Notes: a model not told the origin generated them from the letters alone. A stretch of 64,000 nucleotides of DNA from the human T2T-CHM13v2.0 reference genome, Homo sapiens (GCF_009914755.1 NC_060927.1); one strand, 5' to 3'; shown: positions 39,481 to 53,514, counted from the stretch's first letter. Numbers and translations: made by a program.

Positions 39481-42400
39481 AGGCTTATAAACCATATTCC
39501 CAGTCTGACAGAGCCGCAGACACATAGTAGGTGCTCAATAAATATTTATTGACTAGCTGGATGAATGACTGAGCAAGTGTTTGAGTGATTGAATGAATAA
39601 AGCTCCAAAGTTAAATAGCTCCAACTTCATTTTCCTCTACTTGAAAACCCATCTTGGTTTCCTAACCTCTATAAACATTCTAGTACCTGGTTCAACATAT
39701 TTCAAGGAGATGTTGACAGGTTGCTGCCAAACAGCCCCAGGACACTTACATGCTGTTTCTCATCTACAATCACAGTAGCATCCAGATGCACTGCATCTCT
39801 CTTTAGAAATCTGATTGATATCTAAATGAGCAGAAATGAATAAAGGGACAATTTGGCAATACAGCTGCCCCCTGAGTATTACTGTATCAATTAAGATTAT
39901 TTAATGCATTTCATTTATTACCCTGGCCAGGACGTTCCCAAGGCCTCTGGTGTACATCAGATCAATTTAACCCCCTGGTTTGAAAGCCCGGGACAGTTGA
40001 GTTTTCAAGAAATTAATTTGGAGAAAATGATTTTCATATCCAAGAAGATGAGCCAAACCCAGCCAAGCTTGTTGCAAAAAAAAAAAAAAAAAAGTGTTTC
40101 AATTTTAAAAAGCAGTTTTGTTTCCATTTTAACTGCAAATTCACCAAAAATTTTCCTGATACTTTAGGCCTATTTAGCTGATGTTTTGTCCTGTACAGAC
40201 CAAAAAAATTGTGTCATAAAAAGACAAATTTATTTCATCCGTCCTAAGAAATGACAATGGGGGACAGTAGGGTTCACTTCAGGTTCTTTCCATCTCAAGT
40301 TCGTCTGTTTAGAAAATCTCATGTTTCTGTTCATAGTGGACCTCCTCATTGGAACAATATTTCTGCAGAGTGGACTAGGGCATTAGACAGACACAACTTC
40401 AAATTCTGGCTTTGCTACCTATCAGACTGTACACTTGGGAAAAGCTACTATCCTCACAGAGGCTCACTTTCCTCACCTGAAAACAGAGGAAACATAAAGC
40501 ACCATCTGAATGAGTTAACAATGTGGTTACAGCACCTCACTCACAGCTGGGGCAAACAAACGTAAGCTCCATTTCTAGAATGCCCTAGGTAAGGCATGTA
40601 AAACTCTCCTTTCTCTGGATCTCTTCTCAGAGGTAATCATGGGAGAAGTCCAAGGCCCTGAAATTATAATATGATGAAAATCTAATGGAGATAGCCAAGC
40701 TGCAGGGCTGCACAGGATCTGTGATGAAGTCATGTAAGATTCAAGCCATGGAGTTGGCAGTGTAATTTTCTTATAGCCCTTTTTTTCCTCCTAAAATTTT
40801 GCTCTGAAACTCTTTATGCCCTTTAAGCTGATTTAATCATAAATTTTCCAGGGTTAATCTATTCAGCCTGAAAGGTGATCTTGTGCCTGTGACTTTATTT
40901 TCAAAGATGTCTCTAGAAAAAAAAAACAACTCAATAATAGGATTAACTCATTCATTCAGTTGATATTCACTGAATACTTACTATTTAAGCACTGTTTTGG
41001 GCACTTGGAGAAGCAGAAGTTAATAAACAAAAATCCTATCCTTAGAAAAATCACATTCTTGTTGGGGAGACAGACAAAAAGTTAGTAAGAAAGTTACATT
41101 AGATGGTGATAATAGAATGGAGAAACAAACTAATCATGGGAGGGGGCTAGGAAGTTATGGGGGTAGATTTTAGTTAGGATGACCTAATAGGAGGAAATGG
41201 TGGGCAGTGGGGAGGGGGTTTGGAAAATAGCTTGGACTCCTCCAAAATAGCAAAGGTATGGCATTAAGAGTCAGACCTCAATTCAAATCCTCTTTCTGTT
41301 ACGAGCCAATTGATCTTAGGCAAGTTATTGAACTTCTCTTGTCCCTGGTTTTCTTATCTGTAGAACGTAGGTAATAATATCTGCTCTATAGGGTTATTGT
41401 GAGGATTATTTGAGATAATATACACAAAATGCTTAGGATGTTGCCTAGTAACTACTCGAAATTTAGAGCTACCATTTTTGTTATTATTACTGTTTGTATA
41501 GTACTGCTGTAATTTTTTTATGCAGGAAATTACCTTGATGCAATTGTAGTCTCCAGGTCTACTACCAGGTTATCCTAGAGGTCTCAAAGAAGAAGGCTAA
41601 CACAACAAATTAAGATGCATGAGTCACATGGTTTATCAAATCAATTAAAACACATTATGAGAAGAAAGAGGGGAAGAGATAGGGACAGTTAAAATAATTA
41701 CACTAGAATTCACGCAGGAGAAAGAACCCAGCTACTTAAATCTTGGGACACACAGTGCTCATGTGACCTGTTCTCTCTATCTACCACATTGACCTTCTCC
41801 GTGGTGTGATTATATAGGTCAAATCTGAGGTTTCAGCAAGGGGCTCAGCAAGGAAAAGATGCCCGGGTCAGTAGTATACTTGGAAAGACACAGGGACAAG
41901 CCCACCTGGCCATGACCTGTAGCTCATCATTTGGCCTGATGAACAGCTAAGGACTATTTGCATTCCTTGCACAGAGGATTTCTGTGGCTAGAATGGGGGT
42001 CACCAATGGGTGGCTGACTGAAGACTTAAGTTCTCATATTTTATGTATTTATATTTAGTATATTTCAAATGTTTGATGTCGTATGCATATGGATATGTTG
42101 TCAATATCACCTCTTTCCATTCCTCCCTCCTATCTGTGTTCAGCATGCACATTCTCTACTTTGTTGATGGCCACTATGACTCAGGGGTTACTAATCCACT
42201 TAGTTTTACCATGCTCATCATATAAATTCTGCCTATGTCTCACAAGCTACTTGCATCTCCACCCAGTTTCATTTATCCTCTTTCTTTGTTTCACTTTCTT
42301 TCTTGAGCAGAACTGAATAATCTTAAGTCATACAGCAAAGGCACATTACAGAGTTCACCACTCTCAGTTGTTGACATGTTGCCTCAGGTCCGGCAAATCT

Positions 42401-43909
42401 TCCAGGCCTGTTGAAAAATTTCCAGCATTAACAAGAGGCCCACAAAGTTCTGACTGTGGATCATTCTGATATGCATCTATAAGAACAGAGCCCCTGGTTA
42501 ACAAATGATCTTTTCCAACTGGGTTCCATAGAAAGAACAAGAGCTTTAGAGAAATTACCTTTACTAGAACTACTGAGAAGTTAACAATTGCCAAGGCTGC
42601 AGAAAATATGTGAAGAGCTGGCTTTAAAGAAAACTATACTCCAGAAAAACAATTGTACTCATCTGGTGTTGTATTTTCCGCTTTCTTTGGAAATCAGTGA
42701 TTCCCAACCTTATTCCATAAAGTCCTGGTTTGAAGGGAAGATTCTAAAGAAGGATATGCTTATATGCTATGCAGTTTACTTCCTCTATTTTCTCTCCTCC
42801 CTCCCCCACCTTTTTTTTCTTTCATGACATCTTTACTCAACAGCGAAGGCAGAAGAGATTCAATCTGTATCATTCAGTAAGTTAAAAAAGGAAAAACAAG
42901 GTGGGCCAAATGTTTGGGAGACTATTGTACCTTCTCACAACAAGTCTGTGGACTTCACCAAGCTCCAAAAGGATGCTTTTTTCTTCTTCTTCTTTTTCCC
43001 TTAAGTTGTTTTTAGTTAAGAAAAAAGAGAGAGAGAGAGGGAGAACAGAGAGTGCTTCTGCTCACCCCAGCTGTCAGGTGAAAAACAGAGCTGCTTAGTA
43101 TTCTGGGGCTGTGGGTTTATGACTCATGTGCACTTCCTTCTGTGAGTTGTCATTTCTCTGAGAGATATTTGGAGTTGTGACAAAATTTAACTCCATATTC
43201 TGAGGGGATGTTGACTGGATCTCAGGAGAATTCATTTCTGTAAGTTCCTCGATCTGCTGCAGCAGATCTGCAGTGACATGCAGAGGACTTGGAGACTAAC
43301 ATGACTTAGCAGCAACACACTCTGAGGGTTTACTGGCATGCTGATTGAATGCAGTGAGCAGAGCCACCTGTGTCAGGGTAATCGAAAATTCTCAGACAGC
43401 CGGGGATAAACAAATACCCTCGAGTCTCTCTCTTACTTTCTGTACAAAAGGAAGTATTAATAATGAGAGTAAGTGGTTTTGTTAACCCCCCTCCTGAATA
43501 TTTAATATGTGTCCTAAAAAAATATGAGGTCTGCAATCAGAAGGTGAGGGCGTTAGTCTTAGGTATATAAACTTGGCTGAGTTGCTCAGACCTTCAGCTT
43601 CTCAGTTTTTCATTTGTAAAATGGGAAGAATAAAAATATTCTAGCTATTTCCAAGATTGTTGTGAAGACAAAATGAGATAAGTGGAAACATGTTATAAAT
43701 TGTAATTGTCCTGCACAAATATTTTGAGGTTGTTGTTGTTACATATGTTTACACTTTTAGGAATATATAAACCTTGGAAGATGTAATAATCAAAGTTTCA
43801 GCCAGACACCAAGAAACAATTGAAATGACATTTTAGAGTGAGATGCCAGTTCTCCATTTGTACTTTCAAATGAAGTGTGCAAGAGCTTGTTCCATAGCTC
43901 TTTCTTCCC

Positions 43910-44940
43910 CCAACTTTTTATTTTGAGAAATTAAAAACTTATAGAAATGGTGAAAGAATAAACACCCAATACTCTTCACCTACATTTACCAAATTGTGCC
44001 ACATTTTGCCTTTGTTTTTCCCTCTCTTGTTCTTTGCCATTGTGACATTTCATTCATAAATATTTTCTCCAGTATCTCCTGAGAATAAGGCATTCTTCTA
44101 TATGACCATAACACAATCATCATACTCAAGAATATTCAAGCCATATTCAAATTTTCTAAAATGTCCTTTATAGGATTTATTTGTTTTGCTTTTTTGGGGG
44201 GGGCATGAATCCTGCAGTACATTTAATTGTCATGACTGTTAAATTTTTTTATTTTATTCTATTTTAGATTCGGGGGTACATGTGCAGGTTTGTTACATGG
44301 GTATATTACATAATGCTGAGCTTTGGGCTTCTAGTGAACTGATCACCCAAATAGTGAACATTGTACCCAATAGGGAGTTTCTTAAGACTCACCACCCTGC
44401 CACCCTCCCCTCTTTTGGAGTCCCCATTGTCTAGTATTTCCATCTTCATGTCCTTGTGTAGCCCTTGTTTAGTTCCCCCTTACAAGTGAGAACATGACGT
44501 ATTTGATTTTCTGATTCTATTTCACTTAGAATAATAGCCTCCAGCTCCGCCCATGTTGCTGCAAAGGACATGATTTCATTCTTTTTTCTGTCTGCATACT
44601 ATTCCATAGTATTTTCCACACTGTTTTCCGAGGGCCCAGGAGGGTTGCTGCATCCCATTGCTGGTCCTGTTCAGGTTGATCACTCGATTCAAGTGATGTC
44701 TGCCAGGTTTCTCCCCTGTGACAGTACCTCTTTAACTTTATAACTAATAAATAACCTAGAATGTGATTATTTGAGACTATGTGAATAGCCTGTCCCCCAC
44801 AACCTTGTTTTAGCACCCACCAAGGATCCCTGCCTGTGTCCGCTTTTATAAGGAGGGCTGTGAGACGGTGCTTTCCTGATTCCATCAGCTCCTCTTTCTT
44901 TAGGAGTTGGTTTTCTTCTACAAAGAGAAGCTTTCCCTTC
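43910..44940 (-). mobile_element. L1MC-like fragment with a nested younger L1PA 3' end (about 44245-44635)
   Basis: Old L1MC-type sequence on both sides of tttagattcgggggtacatgtgcaggtttgttacatgggtatatt. Confidence 0.7.
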
Positions 44941-45039
44941 TGCTCTTACCCTACTCTCTGTTCAGTGACTCTGGAGCTCCTCACTGGCTTCAAAAGTATA
45001 AAAGTTGAGAGAGGGGAGTAAAGGGGGTCTAGTGAGAAG

Positions 45040-45700
45040 GGCACGTATGAAGAAAACTGTGCTGTGAGCTCCATCCACCCCAGCATGGGAGAAGGCTGCC
45101 TCTTCATTGCCACCCTGGTTGGGATGGGGGTTTGAAGGCCATTCAGATGGTTTAAAACATTACCCCCATGACTGGGGAGCATAGTGGCCTAGGAGCTGAT
45201 GCATGCCTGGAAAATCCAGGGGTAAAGAGGTGGGCTGACTATCTGTCTTGGTGGCACCACTGGGGGAGTGCTGACCTCCTGGGACTGGTAGGGAAGGTAG
45301 TTACAAATGTCTCCTGTGTGGGGTCTTCTTGAGTCCTGCCCTTCAGGGCCTCCTGGAGGATGAAGGCTGGAGGACAGGGATTTGAGGGAGAAAATAGAGA
45401 AACAGAGAAACCAAACATACCTGACACTCTTGTAGTCTTCTAGCCTAAACAGGTCCCAGCTTGGGCAGAGGAAAAGAGTTTGAGTTTGAAGTTTGATTGA
45501 GATTGTTGGAGGATGTGCTTATGACTTAAAATGACTTTAGGTCTCTGTATTACCATAGAATGAGCAGAAAAGATGTGGGACCAGTCTGAGTTTTCATCAA
45601 GGCCAAAGGATACTTGCTCTACTGAATGTTAAGGACCAGTAGGAGATTTAAAAAAATTAAGCTGAAGGATTACATTATCATTAGTTATGCTTGTTACACG
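45040..45700. mobile_element. Possible ancient LTR (LTR79-like)
   Basis: Weak resemblance to the recalled consensus. Ends in tatgcttgttaca. Confidence 0.3.
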
Positions 45701-46759
45701 TTTAAATACCTAAGTTTAAATCTGACTTAAATTACATGCACATGCCAAAAAAATTTAACTCTTAGTTTCAGAAACAAATTTGTTTACTTTATATGAAAAT
45801 ACCATTAAGTCCAATATAACTGGAAGTTTAGGAAAACCTTATGTGCTTAAGATTCGAGTCTCCATAAATTACAGAATAAAGCACTTGGCCCCCTGTATAA
45901 AATTCATACATTATACAAAGACATCCCTCATACTCCAGCACTACTTCACCCCACATACCCTCCTTGGGAATCTGAAAACTTTTGAGGTGTCACTTCAACT
46001 TTGGGAAGTAATTATTTGTTAATGTTCAAATAGTGGAAAATATTATATGCCACAAAAGCCTCAACCTCTGCAGTTTGGAATTTACCCATCATTTCTAAAT
46101 GTATCCCCATGTTAAGTTTTATGTATTTGTTTTAAATTCAAAAGGGAAAGCGTGTGTTGTGTCTAGCTCCAGTGAAGCCAATCATACAAAATTGCTGATA
46201 ATTAAATAAGATACTTTTAGACTTAAAATTTTGACAATCCAAATATAGTCAGCTCAGAATTTGCTTATTCAAGAAAACCATTTTGTTTGTTTTTAAGGGC
46301 CAGTGGATGGAACAGTTTGTACAGGGAAGCAGTAGGAAGGGAAAGAAAGCTTAGTGTTAACCAATATTCTTCTGTATTAAGGGCAAAAAGGAAAGCATTG
46401 TATCATCGCCTTTGAAACTAGAAGCAAGTTTGGTAATTAAACAAACCCAATAACCACTTTAAAATGAATGTTTTTATCTAATGAGATAGGAGATAAACCC
46501 ATCTGACAAGAGAATTCACATAAAACTTAACAAAAAGCCAAAAAAGGGAGATAAAAAAAAAATAAAAAATGGGTAAGAGGAAAGAATGAAATTTTGTTTC
46601 TCTCATCCCTACTCTCTTCCTGAGCAGAGATCAAATGTTGCAAGACCCTGTCTCAAAAACCCTACGTAATGCATTTTAAATGTCACCATATAGTACTCAG
46701 ATGACCCACAGAAGAACATGACATAGTATAAACACTCAGGTGCAAAACCTGGCCTTGTG

Positions 46760-48180
46760 CATTTATTCATATCCAACTAATATTTATTGAGTGTCTACTG
46801 TATACCACAGCATACATAGGATTTATTAGAGAACAACATAGACAAAGATCCCAGCCCCTGTTGGGCACATTCTTTCTGGCAGGAGAGATAAGAAACAATA
46901 ATATAACAAAAAGTTAAATTGTATAGAATATTAGATGTTGATGGGTGCTATAAAAAAAAAAAAAAGAAAAACTAAAGCAGGGAAATTAGAATGGGAATGC
47001 TTAGGAAGTTGGAGTTGGCCATTGAGAAGGTAGGGTTTGAGCAAGGACTTGAAGAAGTCAGGTGAATAGCCATAAGAGAGATAAGGAGACTACTTCTGGC
47101 TGTAGAAACAGTGCAAAGGCCCTGAGATGGGAGCCTTCTGTCATGTTTGAGGAACGTCAAGGACATAGATGTGGCTGCAGCAGAGTAAGGAAGGGGGAAG
47201 GTAGAAGGAGACGAGTTTAGAGAAATAAGTGAGGCCAGATCTTTGGGCTCTCTGAATTTTTGACAAAAAAGTGACGTGACTTGACTTACATTTCAAAAGG
47301 ATACCTCCTCCTTGGATTGAGAATACGTTATAGGGGCAGCCTTCTCAATAGCCAACTCCAGAGTCCTAAGCATTCCCTCCTTGGATTGAGAATACATTAT
47401 AGGGGCAAATGTAGGAGCAGGGAGATATGTTAAAAAATGGTTATAGCAATCTAGATGAGAGAATAGGGTGCAGATGAGGGCACTAGCCGTGGACTGTAAT
47501 GTGGTTCAGTTTGGATAAATAATGAAGTTAGAGGCAACGGAAGTTCCTGGTGAATTAGATATGAGCGTGACTGAAAGAAAAGAGTGAAGAATGACTCCAA
47601 GGTTTTAGGCCTGAGTCACCAAAAGGATGGAGTTGCCATCAGTTGATATGGGATTCATAGCTGATATGGAACCAGCTGTGGGGAAGCTCAGGGGTTTGAG
47701 TTTAGTCATCTTGAGTTTGAAATGTTTATTAGGTGGCCAAGTGAAGATGCTGAGTAGGGAGTTAGACACCAAAGCTGAAACTCCATCTTGGGATGAAGGC
47801 ATAAATTTGGGAGCTGTCTGCATGCGAATGGTATTTCAACCCTTGAGAATTGATGAAATCACACAAGTAGTAAAAGCAGAAAAAAAAGAAGATATAGAAA
47901 GAAAGGACTGAGGACTGAGCTCTGGGACTCTCCAGTGTTAGGAGGTTGAGAGGATGGGGAGAAGCGTGTAATGTTCAAGAAAGAAATAAAGAAATCACAT
48001 CAAAGAGGAAGAAGGGATCAACTATATCAAATGTTACCGATAGGTCAAGTAAGATGAAGACGGGATCAGCTATATCAAATGTTACTGATAGGTCAAGTAA
48101 GATGAAGACTGAACATTGTCTATTGGTGTTAACAATGTGGAAATCTTTAACAACATTGACAAGAGAGTTCTGGTGAAGTA
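46760..48180 (-). mobile_element. Long L2 fragment carrying two local rearrangements
   Basis: catttattcat...tatttattgagtgtctactg (antisense L2 3' end), gtgcaaaggccctgag, gaatgactccaaggttttaggcctgag. Confidence 0.85.
48014..48109. repeat. 48-bp tandem duplication (46/48 identical)
   Basis: gggatca[a/g]ctatatcaaatgttac[c/t]gataggtcaagtaagatgaagac at 48014-48061 and 48062-48109. Confidence 0.95.
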
Positions 48181-48299
48181 AGAAGGGAGTGGGTGAGTAA
48201 AAGCCACTTAGCCTCTGACTCACAGTTTCCTAATTTGGAAAAAAGTAAGGAAACATCTGGAATTAGCAGGACAAAGTAAAAATGCTTCTACCCTTTCCT

Positions 48300-51200
48300 T
48301 TTAAAAAATAAAAAGCTACCCAATACACAACACAGAGACAAAGAAACAGAAATAGAAACTTCATTTCTCATGAAAGTGTCAGTGAACTGAAAACCTAGAC
48401 CAATATGTATGAAAATGGAAAAGGGATGAGGATTATAAATGACTTAGCAGAACTGAGGAAAGATTTTTTTTAAGTGCCTGCAGATGAGTAACAACTTAAC
48501 ATGTACCACACAACCTCAGGATGGTTCATCTATTAGAGAATCCAATGTCACGGAAGATGGGGGTGAGGCAGGGACCAGGAACAAGGTAGTTCTTTAAAAG
48601 AGGATACAGAGCTACTAAAGCTCATGTCCCCAGGTCTGCAGTCAGTGTCCTGCCTTTCTCCTCCAATGAAGGAAGAGGAGTTTTATTAACTGGAGACATT
48701 GAGTTGACAGGCTCTAAGCTGAGAGATATCAGGCACAGAGCAAGGTGGAGCCAGGCTGCAAATAAAAAGACTATGAGACTTGAGACCCCAGACCCCTTCT
48801 CTCACCCATGTCCAGGTCACCAGCAGCCAGGTCACACCCTCCCCATGCAGAAGACAGAGTATCTCCTAGGAGACAATTAACTGTCCCAGGAAAAATTCTA
48901 ACAGATATTGACATTGTTGTGGAAGAAAACCCTATTGAAAATTACAGCATGAATGGCACTAGTGGACAAACACCGTTCAAGCACAATTTTAGTGCTTTAT
49001 TCTTAAATGTGAACTGAAACCCAAGGATCATCTGACATTCAAAGAAAGTCTCTAACAGGAAAAGAAGCTCAAATAAATAGAAAAAAGAAAACAGAGTAAT
49101 GCAGAGAGATACAGAAATGTTCAAAGAAACTATAATATACTTGGTGATATAAGAGAAGGTACTACATCAATAGAACAGAAACGAGATGGAAAAGAGCAAG
49201 AACAACATAGAACTAGAAAAAGATTTTACATATTTAAAATACAATGGCTAATTTTTTAAAGTCAATTAGAATGCTGGACATTAAAGTTGAGAAAATATTC
49301 CAGAAAGTAAAAGAGAAAAAGGAATGGACAATAGGAGAGAAAAGATAAGAAAATAAGGTTCTGTCCACGAGTCCAACATCTTTTCAACTGAAGGATATCT
49401 TGAGAGAGAACAGATAAAATGGAGGAGGGGGAGTTATCGCAAAGCAATACAAGAAAATTTCCAGATCGGAAGAACACAAGTCTCCAGATGGAAAGTGCCC
49501 ACTCAGTACCCAATACAGTGAATAGAGATTGACGCAAAGAAACATTATCATGAGATTTCACAACTGAAAAGAGAAAGAAAAGCATCCTAATACATTTCAG
49601 AGATTTAATTGAATACACACATGAAGGATCCAGAAAAAAGATTGCTGGATTCTCAACAGCAACATGGGGAACCAAAACACCATGAAGCAGGCCTTCAAAA
49701 TTCTAAGCAAAAAGATGATGGGCAAACTACAAACCAAGGGTGAAGAAGTAATGTCATTTTGACTTTCCTGTCTCTCAAACACAATTTCTCCACAAGCTGC
49801 TGGAAAATATGTTCCACCAACACATAAAGATAAAGCCACAAAGTGGAAGCCATGGGATCCAATTCATTAAAGGGAGGAGAAGAATTTTCCAGATAATGGG
49901 AAGGAAAACGCCAAGAGGACAGCCATGCAGCAGGCACAGAAAGTGACCAGCAGAGACTGCAGCAGGACGATGGAGGGCTCTAGAAGAAATGTTGCCAGGA
50001 AAACAAAAAGGAACTGAGTTTCTTATCAGCTTGACCATGTGGAAAACTGTACTGAGAGATATTTGGAGCTCGGCTGTAGCTCCAAATCAAACTAAATTAA
50101 TAAAGCAATTGTTTAATGAAAGGTAACATGAAAATATATGGGAGAAAGGAAATACAATCATTATAGATGACTTTGCTCAGCCATGGATATTAAATACTTA
50201 GTCATAAAAATGAAAACACAGTGAATTATACTTACATTTGTGAGATAAACTTAACTTGCTTATGATGTATTATTTTATCATTTTAAATATCATACTATAT
50301 CTGGTAAGCTAATATTTAATTTAGGACTTTTATGCCTATATTCATAAAAAAAATTAGCCTGTAATTTATTTTCTTATATTGCCTTTATTTGGCTTTGGAG
50401 GTCTTTTTACTCCTCTTATAGGGCCACAGGACTCTATAAATAATGAATATTTAATACACGCTAGCTATCTAATATTATTCCTTGATGAAAAAATAGGAGG
50501 TGATAAAATTAGGAAACAATAAAAAGAACAGAACCAGATAGAGAACTCTAAGTGTCCTGATTAGCACTGCATAGTATCAGAGAAATTATTCGATTCTGGA
50601 ATGTAATTTGGCTAAATTTAATTACACCATCCTCTTTTAAAACATCAAGACACAGACAAGAATGTAAGTCTTTTGTTTCAGGTCTCATAGCTAATTATTG
50701 GAGGAACTAGAACTAGAATCCAATTATCCAGAATTCTGACTCCTAGCCCTAGTGCTCCTATAAAAATGTATATTAATAGATACTAACTATGTCACCTCTA
50801 ATTTGGTTGGTGATAGGTACATTCCATTTCAAAAAATAAAAGTGAATTGAGCGTTTCTTTCTTACCTACAATAAACGCAGGACCATATTAAGTGCTATAA
50901 AGAATAAAAAAGAAGATAAAAGCCTTAACATATTGGTTACTTCTTTTAATTGCTCATTCTGAAGTGCAAGCCCCTCCCCTTGAATCTGGACATGCTCTGT
51001 GACAGCTTTAACCAAAACAATAAGACACAAGTGATGTTATATTAGTTTGGGGGCCCAGGCCTAAGAAGCTGGCAGCTTTCATTCCACTTTTTTTTAGCAC
51101 TCACTCTCCAAGCCCTGAACTGCCATATGGAGACACCATATATACAGAGAAGTACCCAGCCAATCCTCAGTTGTTCCAGCCATCCCAGCCCAGGCACCAG

Positions 51201-51665
51201 AGATGTTAGGGAAGAAATTCAGATACTCCTACCTCAGCTTCTGTATGACTACAACTGCAGGAGGAGTCACAAGCAACACCCAGCTGAGTCCAACAACCCC
51301 AAAGCTGTGAGAAATAAAATGTTTAAGCCACTAAAAAAATGAAAACACAAAATATGAACTTAACCCAAAGTTGAGATATGAATATATTAATAAGATAGTG
51401 GGTGTTGAAGGATATATGAGAGGAAGCTAAAGGCTTCATCTCCAGGAGAGGTCAACAGATAATGTCTCAAAAGGCTGAACCAAGAGAGCAATACGTAAAT
51501 ATTATTGAGAAATACAGAGCTTAATACCAGAGTGCACAGCTACGTAAGTTGGAAGTAGTTCCTTCTGCAGTGCATGGAAAGAGTTCAAGGGACTGCTGCT
51601 TTTTGTTACAAGCCTTTGAGCATTGACTCTTTAAATACTGTGCATGTATTACTTTGACAAAGCTA
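48300..51665 (+). mobile_element. HAL1 (half-L1, ORF1-only) element, decayed and interrupted at about 50250-51345
   Basis: ORF1-like core (agtctccagatggaaagtgcccactcagtaccc; ttctcaacagcaacatgg; gccttcaaaattct), then HAL1-type ccaagaggacagccatgcagcaggc, and the 3' end tgtgcatgtattactttgac. Confidence 0.65.
50940..51345 (+). mobile_element. MLT1 (G/H-like) LTR fragment
   Basis: cccctcccttgaatctggac...ggcctaagaagctggcagcttt...cccagctgagtccaacaacc...gtgagaaataaaatgtttaagccactaa. Confidence 0.65.
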
Positions 51666-52099
51666 AAGAGTAAAACAATAACCACACAAATGGGATAAAA
51701 ATACCAGTGGTTTTGAGTGGTCAGTATTAAATATGGCTGTGTCTGTCAAAGTCTAGACACAGTCCTTAGGGTTTAGAAACACACAACCAATTTTAGTTTT
51801 TCCAGCCCAGATTCCTTGATCAGATGCCAACCCGTCTCTCACCAGATCCCTCCAGAAATATGCCCACACCAGAGCCCCACCCACCTCTTCCTAAACAAGC
51901 TGTAGGGAGCCTGACTTCTTCCTCAGTAACCACCAAAGTGGGCTGTGCCAGATAATCCATTGCAGGATACTAAGAAAATATTACTATTTCTATTTTACAG
52001 CATCCTTTTTCTTTTTTTAAAAAATGAATCCTTCACTGAAATTATATTATCCTTTTTGGAGTTTCTATTTGTTGTATGTACTTTTGTCTATTTTTAAAC

Positions 52100-52960
52100 T
52101 TTCCACTGATATAATTTCAGACATAAAAAGTAAGGAAAATAGTACCAAAGATTTCTATATGCCCCTCACCCAGATTCCCCCAAATGTTAACATCTTCTGT
52201 AACCATTTAGAATTATCAAAACCTGGAGATTAACATTAACACAATAATATTATATAATCTGAGTCTTATTCATGTTTCTCCAGCTGCCCACTAATATCCT
52301 TTTCTGGCCAAGATCACACGTTGTAGCTACTCATCATGTGTCTTTCATCTCCTGTAAGCTGGATCAGCTCTTCAGGCTTTGTCTTTATAATTTTGACATT
52401 TTACAAGACTATCGACTACTTTGTAGAATGTTCTTCAGTTGGAGTTTTTCAGGCATTTCCTAGTGATTAAATTCAGATTAAGCACTTTTGGCAGGAGGAC
52501 CACAGATATAATGTTGTATCCTTCCCAATACATCATGCTAGAGGGTGCAGAATGTCTAGTTTTCCCATTACTGAAGATGTTAACTTTGATCACTTGGTTT
52601 TATGGTGGTACCTACCAGGCTTCTCCACTGTAAAGTTACCTTTAGTAATTAATAAGTCTCTTTGGGGGAGATACATTGAAACTATGCAAATATCCTGTTT
52701 CTCATCAGGATGATGCGTAATTTTAGCGTTCATCAGTGATTCTTGCCTGAAACCAGCACTGTTGTGCTTGCCAAGGTGGTTTTCTATTTCCATCACACTT
52801 TCAACGTTTGCAGGGGAAGGGGGCAGATTGGCATTCTGCTGTAAAAAAGAACTCTCTCTTCTTCCCCATTTATTTGTTTATTTATATCAATATGAACTCA
52901 TAGATTCTGATTTTGTTCTATGACTTATAATTCATTACTAGCATTATTTTGTTATTTATG
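52100..52960 (-). mobile_element. L1MC-like fragment
   Basis: cccctcacccagattcccccaaatgttaacatctt...gatgttaactttgatcacttgg...ttctccactgtaaagttac. Confidence 0.7.
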
Positions 52961-53514
52961 TCCTTTTGTTTGACTGATTGGGAAGCATAATAAAAAATTT
53001 GGAAGAGCATGGCTCTTAGGGCTGCCAGTGTTTCCCTAGACTTTTCCCTGGGAAGCCATCCTAATGCCCTTAGTTAAATTTAAACACCCTCCTTTCTCAC
53101 CTATTCTGCATGGTGCCTCCTTCTCTACTCAGCACTTATCTTTTCCTGCTTTATTGTAGACAATAGCTTATGAGTGAAGGACAGCTTGGGAACTAATGAC
53201 CTGTTTCTCCACTGTTCTGTATCTGTCCTGTCAAATTCCTATGTTGAAAGAGATTCACGTGTGAAAGTTTCAAGGCAATGAAGGCCAAGTAGGGAAAAGA
53301 GACTTCACATTGCTGTGTCACAGAGGAGTGCCTTGTAGTCACACACACTGAGCAGCCATCTGTATGAAGTAAGTGACCTCAGGAAGCAGAATATGGTTCC
53401 TGTGGGTTCCCAAAGAAGTTCAAGAGTTAACATTTCATTCCTTCAATGTAACCTGTTATGTTCTGTCAAAGCCTCTTGATCTATCTTGCTGGTTACAAGC
53501 AAGTTTGCCAATTT

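Noticed and set aside
43251-43268. 18-bp perfect palindrome as a feature on its own
   Set aside because: About 0.25 such palindromes are expected by chance in 64 kb. Kept only as context for the nearby motif cluster.
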